Virus record (IMG/VR): IMGVR_UViG_3300050821_001527
Coordinates: 96,001-160,000 of that record
Direction: 5' to 3' (one strand)
DNA length: 64,000 bases
Source of the DNA: a virus
Lineage: Duplodnaviria > Caudoviricetes
Of this stretch, positions 42,162 to 53,711 are shown piece by piece. The translations under genes were made by a program, and so were the position numbers. Every line of letters starts with the position of its first letter. Within the stretch, counting starts at the first letter, position 1. Under the pieces are notes generated by a model. That model saw only the letters and a list, made by a program, of their open reading frames with translations, was not told where the DNA came from and searched no databases.

Positions 42162-42169
42162 GTGTAATA
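42162..42169 (+). promoter_or_regulatory. Phage GTGTAATA promoter motif
   Basis: 6 nt upstream of ATG 42176. Confidence 0.65.
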
Positions 42170-42175
42170 TCAGGT

Positions 42176-42787
42176 ATGAACAGTGGTATCTACTTGATAA
42201 CCAACATAATCAACGGCAAGAAATACATCGGGTCTTCGTCAAGATTGCATAGGCGTTGGCGCGAACACGTTAGAGATTTGGAGAGGGGAGTTCATCAAAA
42301 CCCCTATTTTCAAAAGGCATGGGACAAACATGGCCTTGCGAGCTTCCAATATTCCGTGCTTGAGGAATGTGATAGGACTCAACTCCTTGCGAGAGAGTCA
42401 TTTTGGATAGAAGCCCACCAGAGCTTTCAGAGGGAATTGGGATATAACCTATGCCGATTCCCTCAACATTATGCCCTTGGCCTCAAACGCCGTCCTGAAA
42501 CGATTGCCCGTATGAGCAAAGCTCTTAGCGGCCAAAACCATCCCGGTTGGGGCAAGAAGCTCCCCAAGTCTCAAGTTAAAAAAATGGCAGATGCTCAACG
42601 AGGGGTTTCTAAACCTACTTCCGGCAGCGAAAGGAAGATATTTGAATTGCTGTCGCCCGAAGGCAAACTCTTGAGAATAAAGGGATTAAGAGTATTTTGT
42701 CGTGAGCAAGACCTTAGCCCTTCCATGATTTGTCGGGTTCTCAGTGGGAAACAGGCCGTTCATAAAGGGTGGTCACTATCTTCTTAA
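42176..42787 (+). CDS. GIY-YIG homing endonuclease with NUMOD3-like repeats
   Basis: SGIY.I.N..NGKKYIGSS, R..H, GYN, N.P.WGKK. Confidence 0.9.
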   Translation: MNSGIYLITNIINGKKYIGSSSRLHRRWREHVRDLERGVHQNPYFQKAWDKHGLASFQYSVLEECDRTQLLARESFWIEAHQSFQRELGYNLCRFPQHYALGLKRRPETIARMSKALSGQNHPGWGKKLPKSQVKKMADAQRGVSKPTSGSERKIFELLSPEGKLLRIKGLRVFCREQDLSPSMICRVLSGKQAVHKGWSLSS

Positions 42788-42811
42788 AACAGTGTAATAA
42801 AAGGTAATAAT

Positions 42812-43477
42812 ATGAAATATTTTACCTTATTGGTGTTGGCCCTTTGTTTGGGATTCGGGTTTCAATCCTATGCGGGTTTTTCGTTTTCGGTCAAGCCACG
42901 TCATTCCATTTTCGCGCCTGCCGCAGCCCCAACGACTGCTTTGCAGCTTCAATTACTGGCTTTACAGCAACAGTTTAACACCCAAAGCCGCAAACTGGAT
43001 TTGGTCAATCAGGCTAAAAACCTCGTAAATGGCAACGCTTTAGACAAGGTTGACCTCATGTGCCTCGAATTGGAAGCCGTGAGCCGTATTGAGAAACTTC
43101 CTTATATCAAGGACGGGCCGAGTGATACTTTGGCTGATTTGCCGAACTGGACTGTCCATGTCATGTCTTTTCTCCCGCCGCCCATTTCCTCGACCAACCC
43201 GCCAGTCGGAACCGCTGCCCAATTACAGGCTCAAATCAGCAGCCTCGAAATCCAAGTAACCATTCAGGAACAACAACTTCTGGAGATTCAGGCGTCGGCC
43301 AACAACCCGTCTCAAATCGTCAATGACGCTTGGTGGCAGAGCCAAGTGGACTGGGCAGCTTGGACGATGGCGTCTGTGGCTCAAACCCTTGCATTGCCGG
43401 TCAGCACCCCCATTTCTAACCTTCCTGCTTGGGCAGCTTCCGTCATGCTTCGTTTGCCACCCAATACCAAACTCTAA
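42812..43477 (+). CDS. Secreted protein with repeated LP.W motif
   Basis: Signal peptide; two similar coiled-coil halves. Confidence 0.6.
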   Translation: MKYFTLLVLALCLGFGFQSYAGFSFSVKPRHSIFAPAAAPTTALQLQLLALQQQFNTQSRKLDLVNQAKNLVNGNALDKVDLMCLELEAVSRIEKLPYIKDGPSDTLADLPNWTVHVMSFLPPPISSTNPPVGTAAQLQAQISSLEIQVTIQEQQLLEIQASANNPSQIVNDAWWQSQVDWAAWTMASVAQTLALPVSTPISNLPAWAASVMLRLPPNTKL

Positions 43478-43482
43478 AACGT

Positions 43483-43653
43483 ATGAGGGTTATCCTTCTC
43501 TTGATAGCCTTGCTAACGTGTTCTGGTTGCGAGAGTTACTCTCATACCGGAAAGTGGGCACCTGACGGCTTTAATTTCACCGAATATCACGCCCTTGGCA
43601 CACCATTTAGGGGAGACACCCTTGCTGCCGGTTTTAGTTGGAGCCTCAAGTAA
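43483..43653 (+). CDS. Small lipoprotein
   Basis: MRVILLLIALLTCSGC. Confidence 0.55.
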   Translation: MRVILLLIALLTCSGCESYSHTGKWAPDGFNFTEYHALGTPFRGDTLAAGFSWSLK

Positions 43654-43695
43654 CTTCTCCTTGACAATCCCTGAAAATCTCCCTAGTATTTAGGG

Positions 43696-44331
43696 ATGAC
43701 TGATTTCTTAGACAGAAGCACCGTTTTGGTTCTGAACTCGCTCTATCAACCGATAGGGACGATTTCTCCCAAGAAGGCGCTGGTTGCCCTTAATTCGGCC
43801 TCAGACCAATGTGATATAGCCGCCAAAGCTATTGACATTCAGTATGCTGTAGGCGAAGACGGCAAGTATGACCTCGAAACCGTGGAGACGTTTACTCCAT
43901 GTTCTTTTGAGGAATGGCTGAACGTTACTGTTCGTCCGGGGCTTGACCAGATTATTCACACGTCGAAGATGCAGATTCGCTGCCCGACTGTGGTAATCAC
44001 GAACTACAGCAAGATTCCCATGCGTCGTTTCAGGGCCACGAAGTCCGTCCTTTACGAAATGCAGAAGGGCATCTGCGGTTATTCGGGCGTCAAGTGCAAC
44101 CCGAAGCAACTCAACATCGAACACAAGCTTCCGCGCAGCAAGGGCGGGAAGGACACGTTCGAGAACCTGATGCTCGTCAAGAAGGAAATCAACTTCGCTC
44201 GCGGCAACAAGCCGATGAAGGAACTTGGCCTCAAGCCGCTGTTCCGCCACCAAGAGCCGAAGCCGATTCCGGCGAGCTTCACAATCAAGACGGCTGTGCA
44301 TCCTGATTGGGGTTATTTTATTCAAAAATAA
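43696..44331 (+). CDS. HNH endonuclease (McrA-like)
   Basis: VLVLN..Y.PI, CGYSG, NIEH.LPRSKGG.DTFENL, N..RGN. Confidence 0.85.
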   Translation: MTDFLDRSTVLVLNSLYQPIGTISPKKALVALNSASDQCDIAAKAIDIQYAVGEDGKYDLETVETFTPCSFEEWLNVTVRPGLDQIIHTSKMQIRCPTVVITNYSKIPMRRFRATKSVLYEMQKGICGYSGVKCNPKQLNIEHKLPRSKGGKDTFENLMLVKKEINFARGNKPMKELGLKPLFRHQEPKPIPASFTIKTAVHPDWGYFIQK

Positions 44332-44410
44332 CCAATAAAATTCAGAGCGGGGTCATCGAAAGGTGGCCCCGCTTTTTTGTTAGTATGGGCGGGGACGAGA
44401 TAGAATAGGT

Positions 44411-45011
44411 ATGGAAATTAAGCATACGGACGGCAAAGTCACGGATACCAGTGACATGGATGACATTACGGCGATGATTTTGGAGAAGGCCGAGGAATTT
44501 CGCATTATGTGCAATGAAAACGGGCGTCCTTTCGTGCTTATCGTCGAAGCCAACCCCAAGAAAGTCCACCACAATATGTTTTGGGGCTTGAACCGCGCCG
44601 GTCTGCATCCCGGCAAGAACGAGAAAGACAGCCAAACCTGTTTTAACAACATGATGGAAATGGTCAATGGCTTCGTCAGGCACATTTCCAACGGGGTATT
44701 CACAATCGGCAGACCGCAGCAATAATTTACTTGACTTTGCCCGAACAAGGGTATATCATCAGGTAATGAAACTTAAATTTATCCTATCCTTGGTCGTCCT
44801 TGCCTTTTACGCCCTCGGACTCAAATTGGTGGACTTCTTCTACTCCCCGATTACCGGCACACTTTCCGCACAGCAAGTGAATGACTCCACCACCGATTAC
44901 GCATTAGCCAAGTTTGTCCGTGACGGGCATCTTCAAGGCTCCATGCTCATTCTCACGGTGCTGGCCATCGTCCTGATTTGGCTTATCGTCCCCAACCGCA
45001 AAACCGTTTAA
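44411..45011 (+). other. Two CDS (44411-44725; 44766-45011 two-TM protein)
   Basis: ORFs with promoter-proximal starts. Confidence 0.55.
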
Positions 45012-45039
45012 CTGTCCCTAATCAAAAAAAACAAAAACA

Positions 45040-46059
45040 ATGAAAACACTAAAGTCCCTGCTCATGCTCGCAATGCTCGGCGGTCTGTTGACCGTCACGG
45101 GCTGTATCAAACCCCCGAAGGTGCCAACCTGCGTCGAAATCAAGCCGAATGCTACGGCATGGGTTATCCCGCTGGACGGGAACTCCCAATCAGGACAGGC
45201 TCAGTTCAACTCCGTTGCCTTCTTGGAGGCCAAGAAAGTCGCCACCAAGCGCATCTGGATTGACAAGGTGGAACAGCCCATTGGCCGTTTCAGTTGGGAA
45301 ATTCAATGGATTGATGCCGTCAGGGTTATCGCTGTTGACCGCTCCCTCGTTACCCGCGAATGGACTGCCGATGCCGAAACCGGGACTGCTCAAGCCGACC
45401 AGAGCATCCACGTTAATACCAAGGACAACATCGGTTTGAAAATCGGCATTAACATCACTGTCAGCATTGACGAAAGTGACGCCTCGACGTATCTGTATTA
45501 CCACGGCGAACGCCCTTTGGCTGACGTGACCGACCAGAACCTACGTGGTTTCGTCCTGACAACCTTGAGTGGCGAAGTGGCATCCATGAATCTTGTGGAC
45601 TTCCAAGAAAATCAGGCGGTTATCTACAAAAAATTGTCTGACGTTGTGACCGCCGAATGCAAGAGCAAGGGTATCACCGTGCAGAGTATCGGCAACGCGA
45701 AGGGCTGGCAGTTCATTGACCCGAAGATTCAGGAGTCAATCAACAAGAGTTACATCGCTCAACAGGACAACAAGACGGCGGAAATGGAACAGAACGCCAC
45801 CAAGACGCGCAACGCCACCGCCGTCCTCGTCAATGCGAACGAGAACTCCATCAAGGTCGCTACCGCGCAGGCCCAAGCTGACGCAGCTATCAAGCTCGCG
45901 TCTGCCAAGGAAGCCGCCTCGTTCCAGAACGAGTTGCAAATCAACCTGCTGCTCGCGCAAGCGAAAATGGCGATGGCTACCAAGTGGAACGGCTCGATGC
46001 CCGCGAGCATCCTACCAAGCACGTCACCGCTGCTGTTGAACCTTGGCGACGGCAAGTAA
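45040..46059 (+). CDS. SPFH/Band-7 domain lipoprotein
   Basis: Lipobox VTGC, TKDNIGL.I.I, DP.IQESI, Ala-rich coiled coil. Confidence 0.75.
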   Translation: MKTLKSLLMLAMLGGLLTVTGCIKPPKVPTCVEIKPNATAWVIPLDGNSQSGQAQFNSVAFLEAKKVATKRIWIDKVEQPIGRFSWEIQWIDAVRVIAVDRSLVTREWTADAETGTAQADQSIHVNTKDNIGLKIGINITVSIDESDASTYLYYHGERPLADVTDQNLRGFVLTTLSGEVASMNLVDFQENQAVIYKKLSDVVTAECKSKGITVQSIGNAKGWQFIDPKIQESINKSYIAQQDNKTAEMEQNATKTRNATAVLVNANENSIKVATAQAQADAAIKLASAKEAASFQNELQINLLLAQAKMAMATKWNGSMPASILPSTSPLLLNLGDGK

Positions 46060-46158
46060 AGTTTATCAGCCAATACCCGAGACGCCCGCCAGCGAAAGTT
46101 GGTGGGCGTTTCCTATTTTTACTTGACATTTATTGCCATTTATCGTATTATTTTGAAT

Positions 46159-47151
46159 ATGGAAACCAACGAACGAATCTCTACGCCCAAACTCGAATCC
46201 CTTATGGAATATCTGGAATACCAGTATCCGGCCACCAAGGGGGATATTAAATTGAAACACTTGTGCGCGGAAATTTCGTGCCTCGCCGGGGAGCGCGACA
46301 CCTACAAGGAAGTTTACGAAAGCGCGGTGAAGGACTTGAGCGACCTGCGAGTATTTTTGAGTGGGGGAACGCCGGAAACTTATTCCCTGCACATCAAAAT
46401 CTTGGCAGACACGCTGCTCAAACAGGCAAGAGATTTATTATTCACCAAAAGGCTTATCGCCACCCAAGCCCTTTGGAATTGGCAGACGGGCGACCTTGTG
46501 CATGTGGTCAGTTCCAATAGGACGTATGTGCAAGCCTGCGTTGACCGCTATAACGACAATTTGGGGGCGAGCAATCGCCTCCGCGCCACGGTTGTCCCCG
46601 CCAACGACGCTGCAAGGGTCATTTGGATGCTTGAAAATGAGTCTTGAGGAACTAATTTGGAGAAAATACCACGAATACTTCCATGAGCTTGGGGTCGCTC
46701 CAAAGACCCTTTCCCTTAGCTATCAAACGTATTACAGGGAATTCCATCAGACTCTCGCCCTACATGACTGGATTGGGCTTGGGTGTCATAGAGGACAGGA
46801 ATTTAGAGGCATGAAAATCAAATGGGTGCAGAAAAAGGGCCATATTCAATGCCTTCCGCGCCCGAAAAAGTATTTGACTTATGCAGAAACGTCAGCTAGT
46901 ATGAATGTATGACTAGATACTCTGGAAAAGCTTGGGCCGAAATCCTCAAGGTCGAGATTCTCGAACCGACGGGATGGGATAACGCCACGCACTATGAAAA
47001 CGGCTTGATTGGCAAGCTGGAATTCTGCAATCGCGCTTCCAACAGCAAGCTCAAGACCCAAACCGCCTCGACCCGCCGCGAAGCTTCTGAGAAGCTCCAA
47101 CAGCACTTCAAGAATAATGAGTTGCTGAGAAAATCCGCCGAATCGAAATGA
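46159..47151 (+). other. Three hypothetical CDS (46159-46647; 46637-46912; 46909-47151)
   Basis: Coupled ORFs. Confidence 0.55.
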
Positions 47152-47498
47152 TTAGGCTGGCAATCATAGGCGGGAGGGATTTTGAGGACTGGGACTCTGC
47201 CAAGCTGTTTTTTGACCGTTGGTTTTTCGGTCGAAAGCTGGAATGTATCGTCTCTGGCGGGGCCGTGGGTGCTGACGCCATTGGTGCGCGACTGGCGAAG
47301 TTATATGATATTCCGCTAGTCGAATACCTTCCCGATTGGGCGACCTACGGTAAACGTGCTGGCTTCATGCGTAACGAGACAATCATCAGAGATTGCACCC
47401 ACGTCCTCGCCTTTTGGGACGGCGTGAGCAAGGGCACGAAGAACAGCCTCGGATGGGCGAAACTTCTCAAGAAGCCTACATTTATTTCATTTTATTGA
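47148..47498 (+). CDS. SLOG-superfamily (YspA/DUF2493-like) protein
   Basis: AIIGGRDF, IVSGGA.GAD, W..YGKRAG..RN, AFWDG.SKGT. Confidence 0.85.
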   Translation: MIRLAIIGGRDFEDWDSAKLFFDRWFFGRKLECIVSGGAVGADAIGARLAKLYDIPLVEYLPDWATYGKRAGFMRNETIIRDCTHVLAFWDGVSKGTKNSLGWAKLLKKPTFISFY

Positions 47499-47503
47499 AT
47501 TTT

Positions 47504-48549
47504 ATGTTTAAACAAGCATACTACTTTTTCGACAGGGAAGTCTTTAGCAAGCTCCCGTATGGCACCACGACCAAGACAAGCAAGCTCTTTGAAAGGGCGG
47601 AAATGGTCATTGGGGAGGACGGGAAGATTCTCAAGGGTGGGGTTGGCCTTATCGGTTGGCTGGCTCCCGAAGCCCTTGGGATATTGAGGAAAAGCTATCG
47701 CGGGCAAATCGTGTTGACGGCGGCACCTTTATGAAAAAATTTAAAGGTGTGCCGGTCAAAGTTCTTCGCCCTCTGGTTGTAAAACAGCCTTACGTCGCCG
47801 GTAAGCCCCAACAAGGGACTCCCATCGTGGACAAGGAAGGCACTTGGGTTCAAGTCGAAATACTCCGTGGTGTTGATAAAGGAAATCGCAGGCCGCTAAC
47901 TTTGGAACAACTAACATGAAACAATCACCCTTTCAAAAATGGTATGTAAAAAACATCAAGGGCACCAGTATGGATTTGGGCGTGGGTGACGGAGCAACCC
48001 GAGGATGGAACGGGGCCATTCTGAAAATCCTTCGTCGCATCCAATACCGAAATCGTATTTTCGAGGGAAACTGGCAGCACGAAGATATTGACACCCTAAT
48101 ATCCGAATTGAAAGAAATGCTTGAAGAATGAGTAAAACCTACGCCATTTCCGAGGAACACTACGAGGCAATCAAGAAATTTGCCCGTAATTTCGCCTACC
48201 ATGACAGGGATTGCGGAATGCACCCGAGTAACATGATGTCCCTAGAGGACTATTGCACTTGCGGATATTCCGACTGGATTGCCTATTTGAAGAAAAAGGA
48301 AGCCACCTTAAAGGAAATTGACCCTTCCAAAATTCTCGCATGATACCCGACCATCTACAAGCCCTTCTGGACAAGCTCTCATTAGATAAACTTGATTACA
48401 GGGAGGAGGGTAACTTTTATCACCACCTTGCGGAAGTGACCGGCGCGGCTGATGCCGAGTGTCTGGACAAGTGCGTGGAAAGAATTTTGGGAGCCTCCCA
48501 CGCCGACTTTAGAAAGGCGTTCGACCTGACTATCGGTAAAACTCCTTGA
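47504..48549 (+). other. Five small hypothetical CDS
   Basis: 47504-47734, 47731-47919, 47916-48131, 48128-48343, 48340-48549, ATGA-coupled. Confidence 0.55.
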
Positions 48550-48608
48550 CTTATACCGCATTTTCCTCTATCATAAAAGAAAAAGAAAAAGAATAAAAGA
48601 GGAAAAAG

Positions 48609-49247
48609 ATGAGAACATTTTTTACATCGGATACACACTTTCACCATGCCAATATTATCAAGTATTGCAATCGTCCATTCAGGGACACGGCTGAAATGAA
48701 CAACACCATTATCACCAACTGGAACGCAAAAGTTGGGGGGAATGACCTGATTTACCATTTGGGAGATTTCGCCTTCGGGCGCGAGGACTGGCATCTGACC
48801 ATGCTCCTTGAAAAGCTGAAAGGCAAGATTATCTTCCTCAAGGGGAACCACGACAGACTCGCTTGGCGCAACCGTCAGCGTTTCTTCGCCTGCTCTGACT
48901 CGTATCGAGAGATTGAAGTCAACGGCCAAGAGATTACCCTGTGTCATTACGCTTTGCGCGTTTGGAACAAGAGCCATCATGGAGCATGGCACCTTTACGG
49001 GCACAGCCACGGCACCCTGCCCGATGACCCGCATTCCCGCAGCTTCGATTGTGGAGTGGACAGCCATAACTTCACGCCATTATCGTTCGAGGAAGTCAAG
49101 GTTATCATGGATAAGAAACTTTGGAAGCCGATTGACCACCACGGCGAAAGACAGGAAGGCGGCGGGGTTGGTCTAAGCGCAGAAGATTACGCGAAGGCAG
49201 ACCGTAAACGCCAGTATGAACAACTGAAAAAGGAATTTGAATTATGA
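48609..49247 (+). CDS. Metallophosphoesterase
   Basis: FTSDTHF.H, HLGDF, GNHD, LCHY, LYGHSH, DCGVD. Confidence 0.9.
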   Translation: MRTFFTSDTHFHHANIIKYCNRPFRDTAEMNNTIITNWNAKVGGNDLIYHLGDFAFGREDWHLTMLLEKLKGKIIFLKGNHDRLAWRNRQRFFACSDSYREIEVNGQEITLCHYALRVWNKSHHGAWHLYGHSHGTLPDDPHSRSFDCGVDSHNFTPLSFEEVKVIMDKKLWKPIDHHGERQEGGGVGLSAEDYAKADRKRQYEQLKKEFEL

Positions 49248-49660
49248 GTTGGAAATTTTGGAAGAAAAAAGTCACACCAGCACCAAAGCCAGAGCCGGTA
49301 ATTCCCGTGCCCGAGCCTCGTTGTTACGTTAAGGCTATCTTGAAAGACCTTGACGACAAGGTTAATTGGGAAGCAAAATACGAGGGCGATTCGAGATTTC
49401 TGTCCTACTCGAACAAGTCCCCAAACCAATACAGACTCCATATCTCAAATAGCGGTTGGTATAGCGGCTGCTACGTCTATGTCAGCTTGGAAGGAATTTC
49501 TTCCAGCGAAATGCAATTCACCGCTCACGAAAGGGAGCTTGTTGGGGAAAAAGCCGCCAAGTTACTCAAATGGATGGACGAAAAACTTTCCCAGTCCAAG
49601 GTGGAGGCAGACGAGAAAAAGTTGAAGAAGCTGTTCCCCGAATGCTATCCGCGCAAATGA
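49244..49660 (+). CDS. Hypothetical protein
   Basis: Coupled ORF. Confidence 0.55.
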   Translation: MSWKFWKKKVTPAPKPEPVIPVPEPRCYVKAILKDLDDKVNWEAKYEGDSRFLSYSNKSPNQYRLHISNSGWYSGCYVYVSLEGISSSEMQFTAHERELVGEKAAKLLKWMDEKLSQSKVEADEKKLKKLFPECYPRK

Positions 49661-50052
49661 TTTACTACCTATTCTTAGACGACGTTCGTAAGCCGTTCCA
49701 AGTCACATGGGAGGAACTCCCCTTGGTGAACTGGACTGTCGCCAGAAGCTATGACGACTTCGTAAAGCTTGTAACTTTGATGGGCGTCCCGTCCTGCGTG
49801 TCCTTCGACCACGACTTAGCGGACGAACATTACGAGGATTACCGCGCCGTGGCCCCAAACGAGGCGAGAATCATTGACCCCCTCAAATTAAATTACAAAA
49901 AATATAAAGTCAAAAGTGGATACCACGCCGCCAAGTGGCTCGCGGCCTACTGCGCCAAGCATAAGCAACCCATCCCCGAATACCATATCCACACACTCAA
50001 TCACATAGGCCGACGCAATATCAGCAACCTTCTGGAAGGGGCCAAGAAATGA
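49657..50052 (+). CDS. Cyclic-phosphate-processing receiver-like domain protein
   Basis: LFLDD.R, ARSYDDF, SFDHDL, GY..A.WL, H..N..GR.NI. Confidence 0.75.
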   Translation: MIYYLFLDDVRKPFQVTWEELPLVNWTVARSYDDFVKLVTLMGVPSCVSFDHDLADEHYEDYRAVAPNEARIIDPLKLNYKKYKVKSGYHAAKWLAAYCAKHKQPIPEYHIHTLNHIGRRNISNLLEGAKK

Positions 50053-50270
50053 AATACGTCTGCTACATGAATTACTACGGGTGGGCGAAGTTCGATGAAT
50101 ACAATGTCTTGATGTTTACTGACAGGGATATTGACCACGCCACCGAATTCAACAATGAGGATGCCGCGTATGCAGCACTCTGGAAGAATTCCGGTTACGA
50201 AGGCCACGTCCTGCAAAAGACTGAAAGCACCCGCATGATTGGACTTGACAGCCCGGAATATAAGAGGTAA
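50049..50270 (+). CDS. Hypothetical protein
   Basis: Coupled ORF. Confidence 0.5.
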   Translation: MKYVCYMNYYGWAKFDEYNVLMFTDRDIDHATEFNNEDAAYAALWKNSGYEGHVLQKTESTRMIGLDSPEYKR

Positions 50271-50279
50271 TATTGGTAT

Positions 50280-51056
50280 ATGATTGAACAGCTTTCGAGC
50301 AAGAATCAGCGCATCCTTGTTTTCGCCGACCCGCATCAGGAGATTGACAAGGTGAGCAACATTCTGAAAAGGGAACAGGCCGACAAGGTGGTTTGTTTGG
50401 GTGACTGGTTTGACAGTTTTCATCTTGAGAACGTCCGCTACAGCATCAAGACCGCCGCCTATCTTCAAAAGCTGGTCTTCCAACCCAACTTCCTTACCCT
50501 GTTCGGGAACCACGACGTTCATTACTTTTGGGGCAAGAACGAACACGCGCTTTGCAGCGGGTGGACGAAGGATAAGGACAAGGCCATCATAGGCGCGTTC
50601 GAGGGCAAGATGGCGGAAGTCAGGGACAAATTTCAGTGGTTCGTCTGGATTGACGACTATCTTTGCACCCACGCCGGGGTTCATCCTTACCACTTCCCTC
50701 CCATGCTTGAAGCCGACAAGAAAGGCATCAGCACATGGTTGAAGAAAGCCGGTGAACACGCAGAATTGAGTCTCGCCAGTGGAGGCTCGCATTGGTTCTT
50801 CCGTGCCGGGGAAGCCAGAGGCGGCAGTCAAAGAATCGGCGGAATCGTTTGGGCGGATTTTGATGACGAGTTTGAACCGATTGACGGGGTTAAGCAGTTG
50901 GTGGGCCACACCTATCATCGCCGCGCCGTCACGCATTACTCGAACAGGAATCTCGCCCGTGCCGAAGCGAACGATTTGGACATTGACTGCAATCTAACGG
51001 AGTATCTAATCATTCACAACGGCAAACTCGAAATCAAATCCTACTACGATTTATGA
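50280..51056 (+). CDS. Metallophosphoesterase
   Basis: D.H, LGDWFD, GNHD, THAG, QLVGHT, DIDC. Confidence 0.85.
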   Translation: MIEQLSSKNQRILVFADPHQEIDKVSNILKREQADKVVCLGDWFDSFHLENVRYSIKTAAYLQKLVFQPNFLTLFGNHDVHYFWGKNEHALCSGWTKDKDKAIIGAFEGKMAEVRDKFQWFVWIDDYLCTHAGVHPYHFPPMLEADKKGISTWLKKAGEHAELSLASGGSHWFFRAGEARGGSQRIGGIVWADFDDEFEPIDGVKQLVGHTYHRRAVTHYSNRNLARAEANDLDIDCNLTEYLIIHNGKLEIKSYYDL

Positions 51057-51318
51057 TGGCAACCCTGAAAAAGTCCGTAGAAGTCGAAGGCCAGAAACTC
51101 GAAAAGGGAGCATTCGGGAAAGTCCTTGGTCATTGCTGGAATGAGGCCCATGAGGATTCTGTCTATGTCGAATTCCCAGCGGGAAAATTTCCTGTGGATA
51201 AAGCCTTGGTTGACTTAAAATAATCATGGGCAGAATCTTGGAATACTTTTCTGAACCACCGAATGAGAATGATTTCTTCGGAGTAAATTTACGCGAAACA
51301 ATACAAACACTTCCTAAA

Positions 51319-53711
51319 ATGAGCAAAGCAACAAAAATCCTACTCGTTCTGTCCCTTCTAACGGTCATTTGGACAGCAGACGTAATCGTCGGCCACTACC
51401 ACCACCCTGTCGCCCCGGCCCCTTCACAAAGGTCGCTGGTTTATGGTGTGAGCAATTACATCAAGGACGCCAACCACATTATCCTTCTTGGCAACCGCAT
51501 TGGAGTCGTGGGAACGAACAACCTGTTCATTTTGGGAGGATGGGACGCCAGCCTGCCGGTTATCTCCACCAAGATTAGCGAAAGCGAGTTTCAGACAATC
51601 AGCAACGTTATTGTGAGGGCGGCAATCGAAAAAAGCAAGCAACCACGCCCGCAAGCCAAGGTTGTTCCCGCGCCCGCAGCCCCAACCAACGCTCCAAACC
51701 CACTCGACCACCCCTAATGAAGCTCTATGTAGTCCAAAATCGTGAAGGTAAGTTCTTCCGTTCGGTAGGCTACAACGGAGGACATACGGGCGGTGTCAAG
51801 GGGAACTGGGTTGACACTCTCGACAAGGCGAAATTCTATGCCAAAATCGGTCAGGCCAAAAGCCGAGTCACTTTCTTCTACAAGGCGTGGCCATCGTTCG
51901 GATGCCCCGATATTCTCGAATTTGAGATAGACGTGGCGATGGCGAAAGTCCTCGACATGAAGGCTGCTACTGACAAGAAAATTGCCAAGGCCCGCAAGGT
52001 TGAAGCAGAAAAACAGAGCGAACGCGCCGAAAGACACAGGCAATATCTGGAAAGTGAGCAGGCCAGAATCGCCAGCGAGCTTAAAAAATTGAATTAAATA
52101 TGGACAAGGAAATAGCTCTTGACCTTCTCAAAGATACCTTTGACGAGGAAATTGCCCATTTGAGGTTGCGTATCATTCGTGACGCGCAGGCTCCGCGTTT
52201 TGAGGCTTTACGTGCCACGCACCCGGAAATCCACGCGGATTTTGTGAAGGCGCGAACCGGCCCGCATGAAGTGCTGCTGCAAGCCCGCAGAAAACGCATA
52301 CAAGTTCTCACCAAGCTTATCGAAAATGGATAAACCCACACAATCAGGCGCGGGTAAAGGAGACAAACCCCGCCCAACCAATCCAAAAGTTTTCGCGGAG
52401 AATTTTGATGCGATTGATTGGGGACATGCCCCCAAAATCACGGATGCCGCGCTCCATCAGTTTTATAAGAACACCTGTAACACCCGACAGGTTTCATTCG
52501 CGGAATTCAAAAGGAACTATTATGCTACTAGCAGCCCTAACAGGTAGGGAGATTTTTGCGGTGCTGTTTTGGGCCATGCTGATTGTTTCCGCATTTATGT
52601 GTGGAAAGGAAAGCTCTTGACAACCAAAGAGTAATGGGATAATATTAGGTATGACTTTTCTTAATGTCGAACAAGTAATGGACGGGCAGAACGGGACTAT
52701 TACAAGAGCCATCATCTGCACCGCAGTCGTCGCGGAAACCTTCGTGGAAGCGATTCAGAAGTTGAAGGACAACGCTGCCAGGATAAATCTCAAATGGGAA
52801 GTCGAGAAGGAGGACGACCAAGACTTTGAATACGTCATTAAGCAGGCGTATCCGGTCTATGGCTCCATGAAGAATCGCCAGTTGAGGATTATATGATATT
52901 AATTCTTACCGAGCAGCCCATGAATGGCTCGAAATCAATGGCCGTTTACACAACGGGCGTCGAGGCTGACTCTTTCAAGGAGGCTGTGGCGCGTGTTAAA
53001 AACGCCGGGGCGGAAAAGAATCTCAAGCCTGTAATCCATTCGGATAACGATGCGGAATTTTCATTTACCATTCCGTCCGATATGTTTCCGATATTTGGGG
53101 TCATGCGTAACTCGGCTCTGAAAATGCTATGAGCAAGCTCAATAACACCGTGGTCTGTAAACATTGTCAGGCCGAAATGAAGGCAATTTACGCGGTCTGC
53201 CCGGTTTGCGGCATGAGACAGGACGGCAAGAATACAACCGAGCTATGTCAGAAGTGCGGGACGCAATATCTCAAGGGCGGCTCCTGCGATTGCGAGGGCG
53301 AGACACGATTGTTCTTTGGTCGCCCGATTAGGAAAGATACCACGGCGCAGTTTTTCCAAGACCCGTTGACCATCGAAGAATTTAAGGCGACCATCGCAGG
53401 CAGCTTCGACGCTTTCGCGCAGAACATGAAAACTATCGGTCATGCCGGGGACAAACACGTCGAGCTATGGGCCGAGCAATACCTTGCGTGGCTGGAAATT
53501 GAACAGGAACGATAATATGGACTGGTGCTGCGAAGATTTGAAAAGAAATTTCACGCTGTCTGTGGATTACCAAGACATTCGTGAACTCTATAATGGCAAG
53601 TGTCCGTATTGCAAATCCGTAGCGAAGATTGGAGCGGAAAGGCCGGTTGGCAGAGTCATCCCCATGTCCGAGTTAAAGGCTTGGGCCGAAAAAACGTGGA
53701 GTCCTCTATGA
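51319..53711 (+). other. Run of small hypothetical CDS (51319-51717, 51717-52097, 52100-52333, 52651-52896, 52893-53132, 53129-53515 and shorter)
   Basis: Contiguous coupled ORFs; 52651 and 52893 products resemble each other. Confidence 0.5.

Noticed and set aside
50001-50936. Long antisense ORFs (also 11000-11692, 15054-15995, 33722-34393, 57239-58015)
   Set aside because: Shadows of recognisable plus-strand genes, with no motifs of their own
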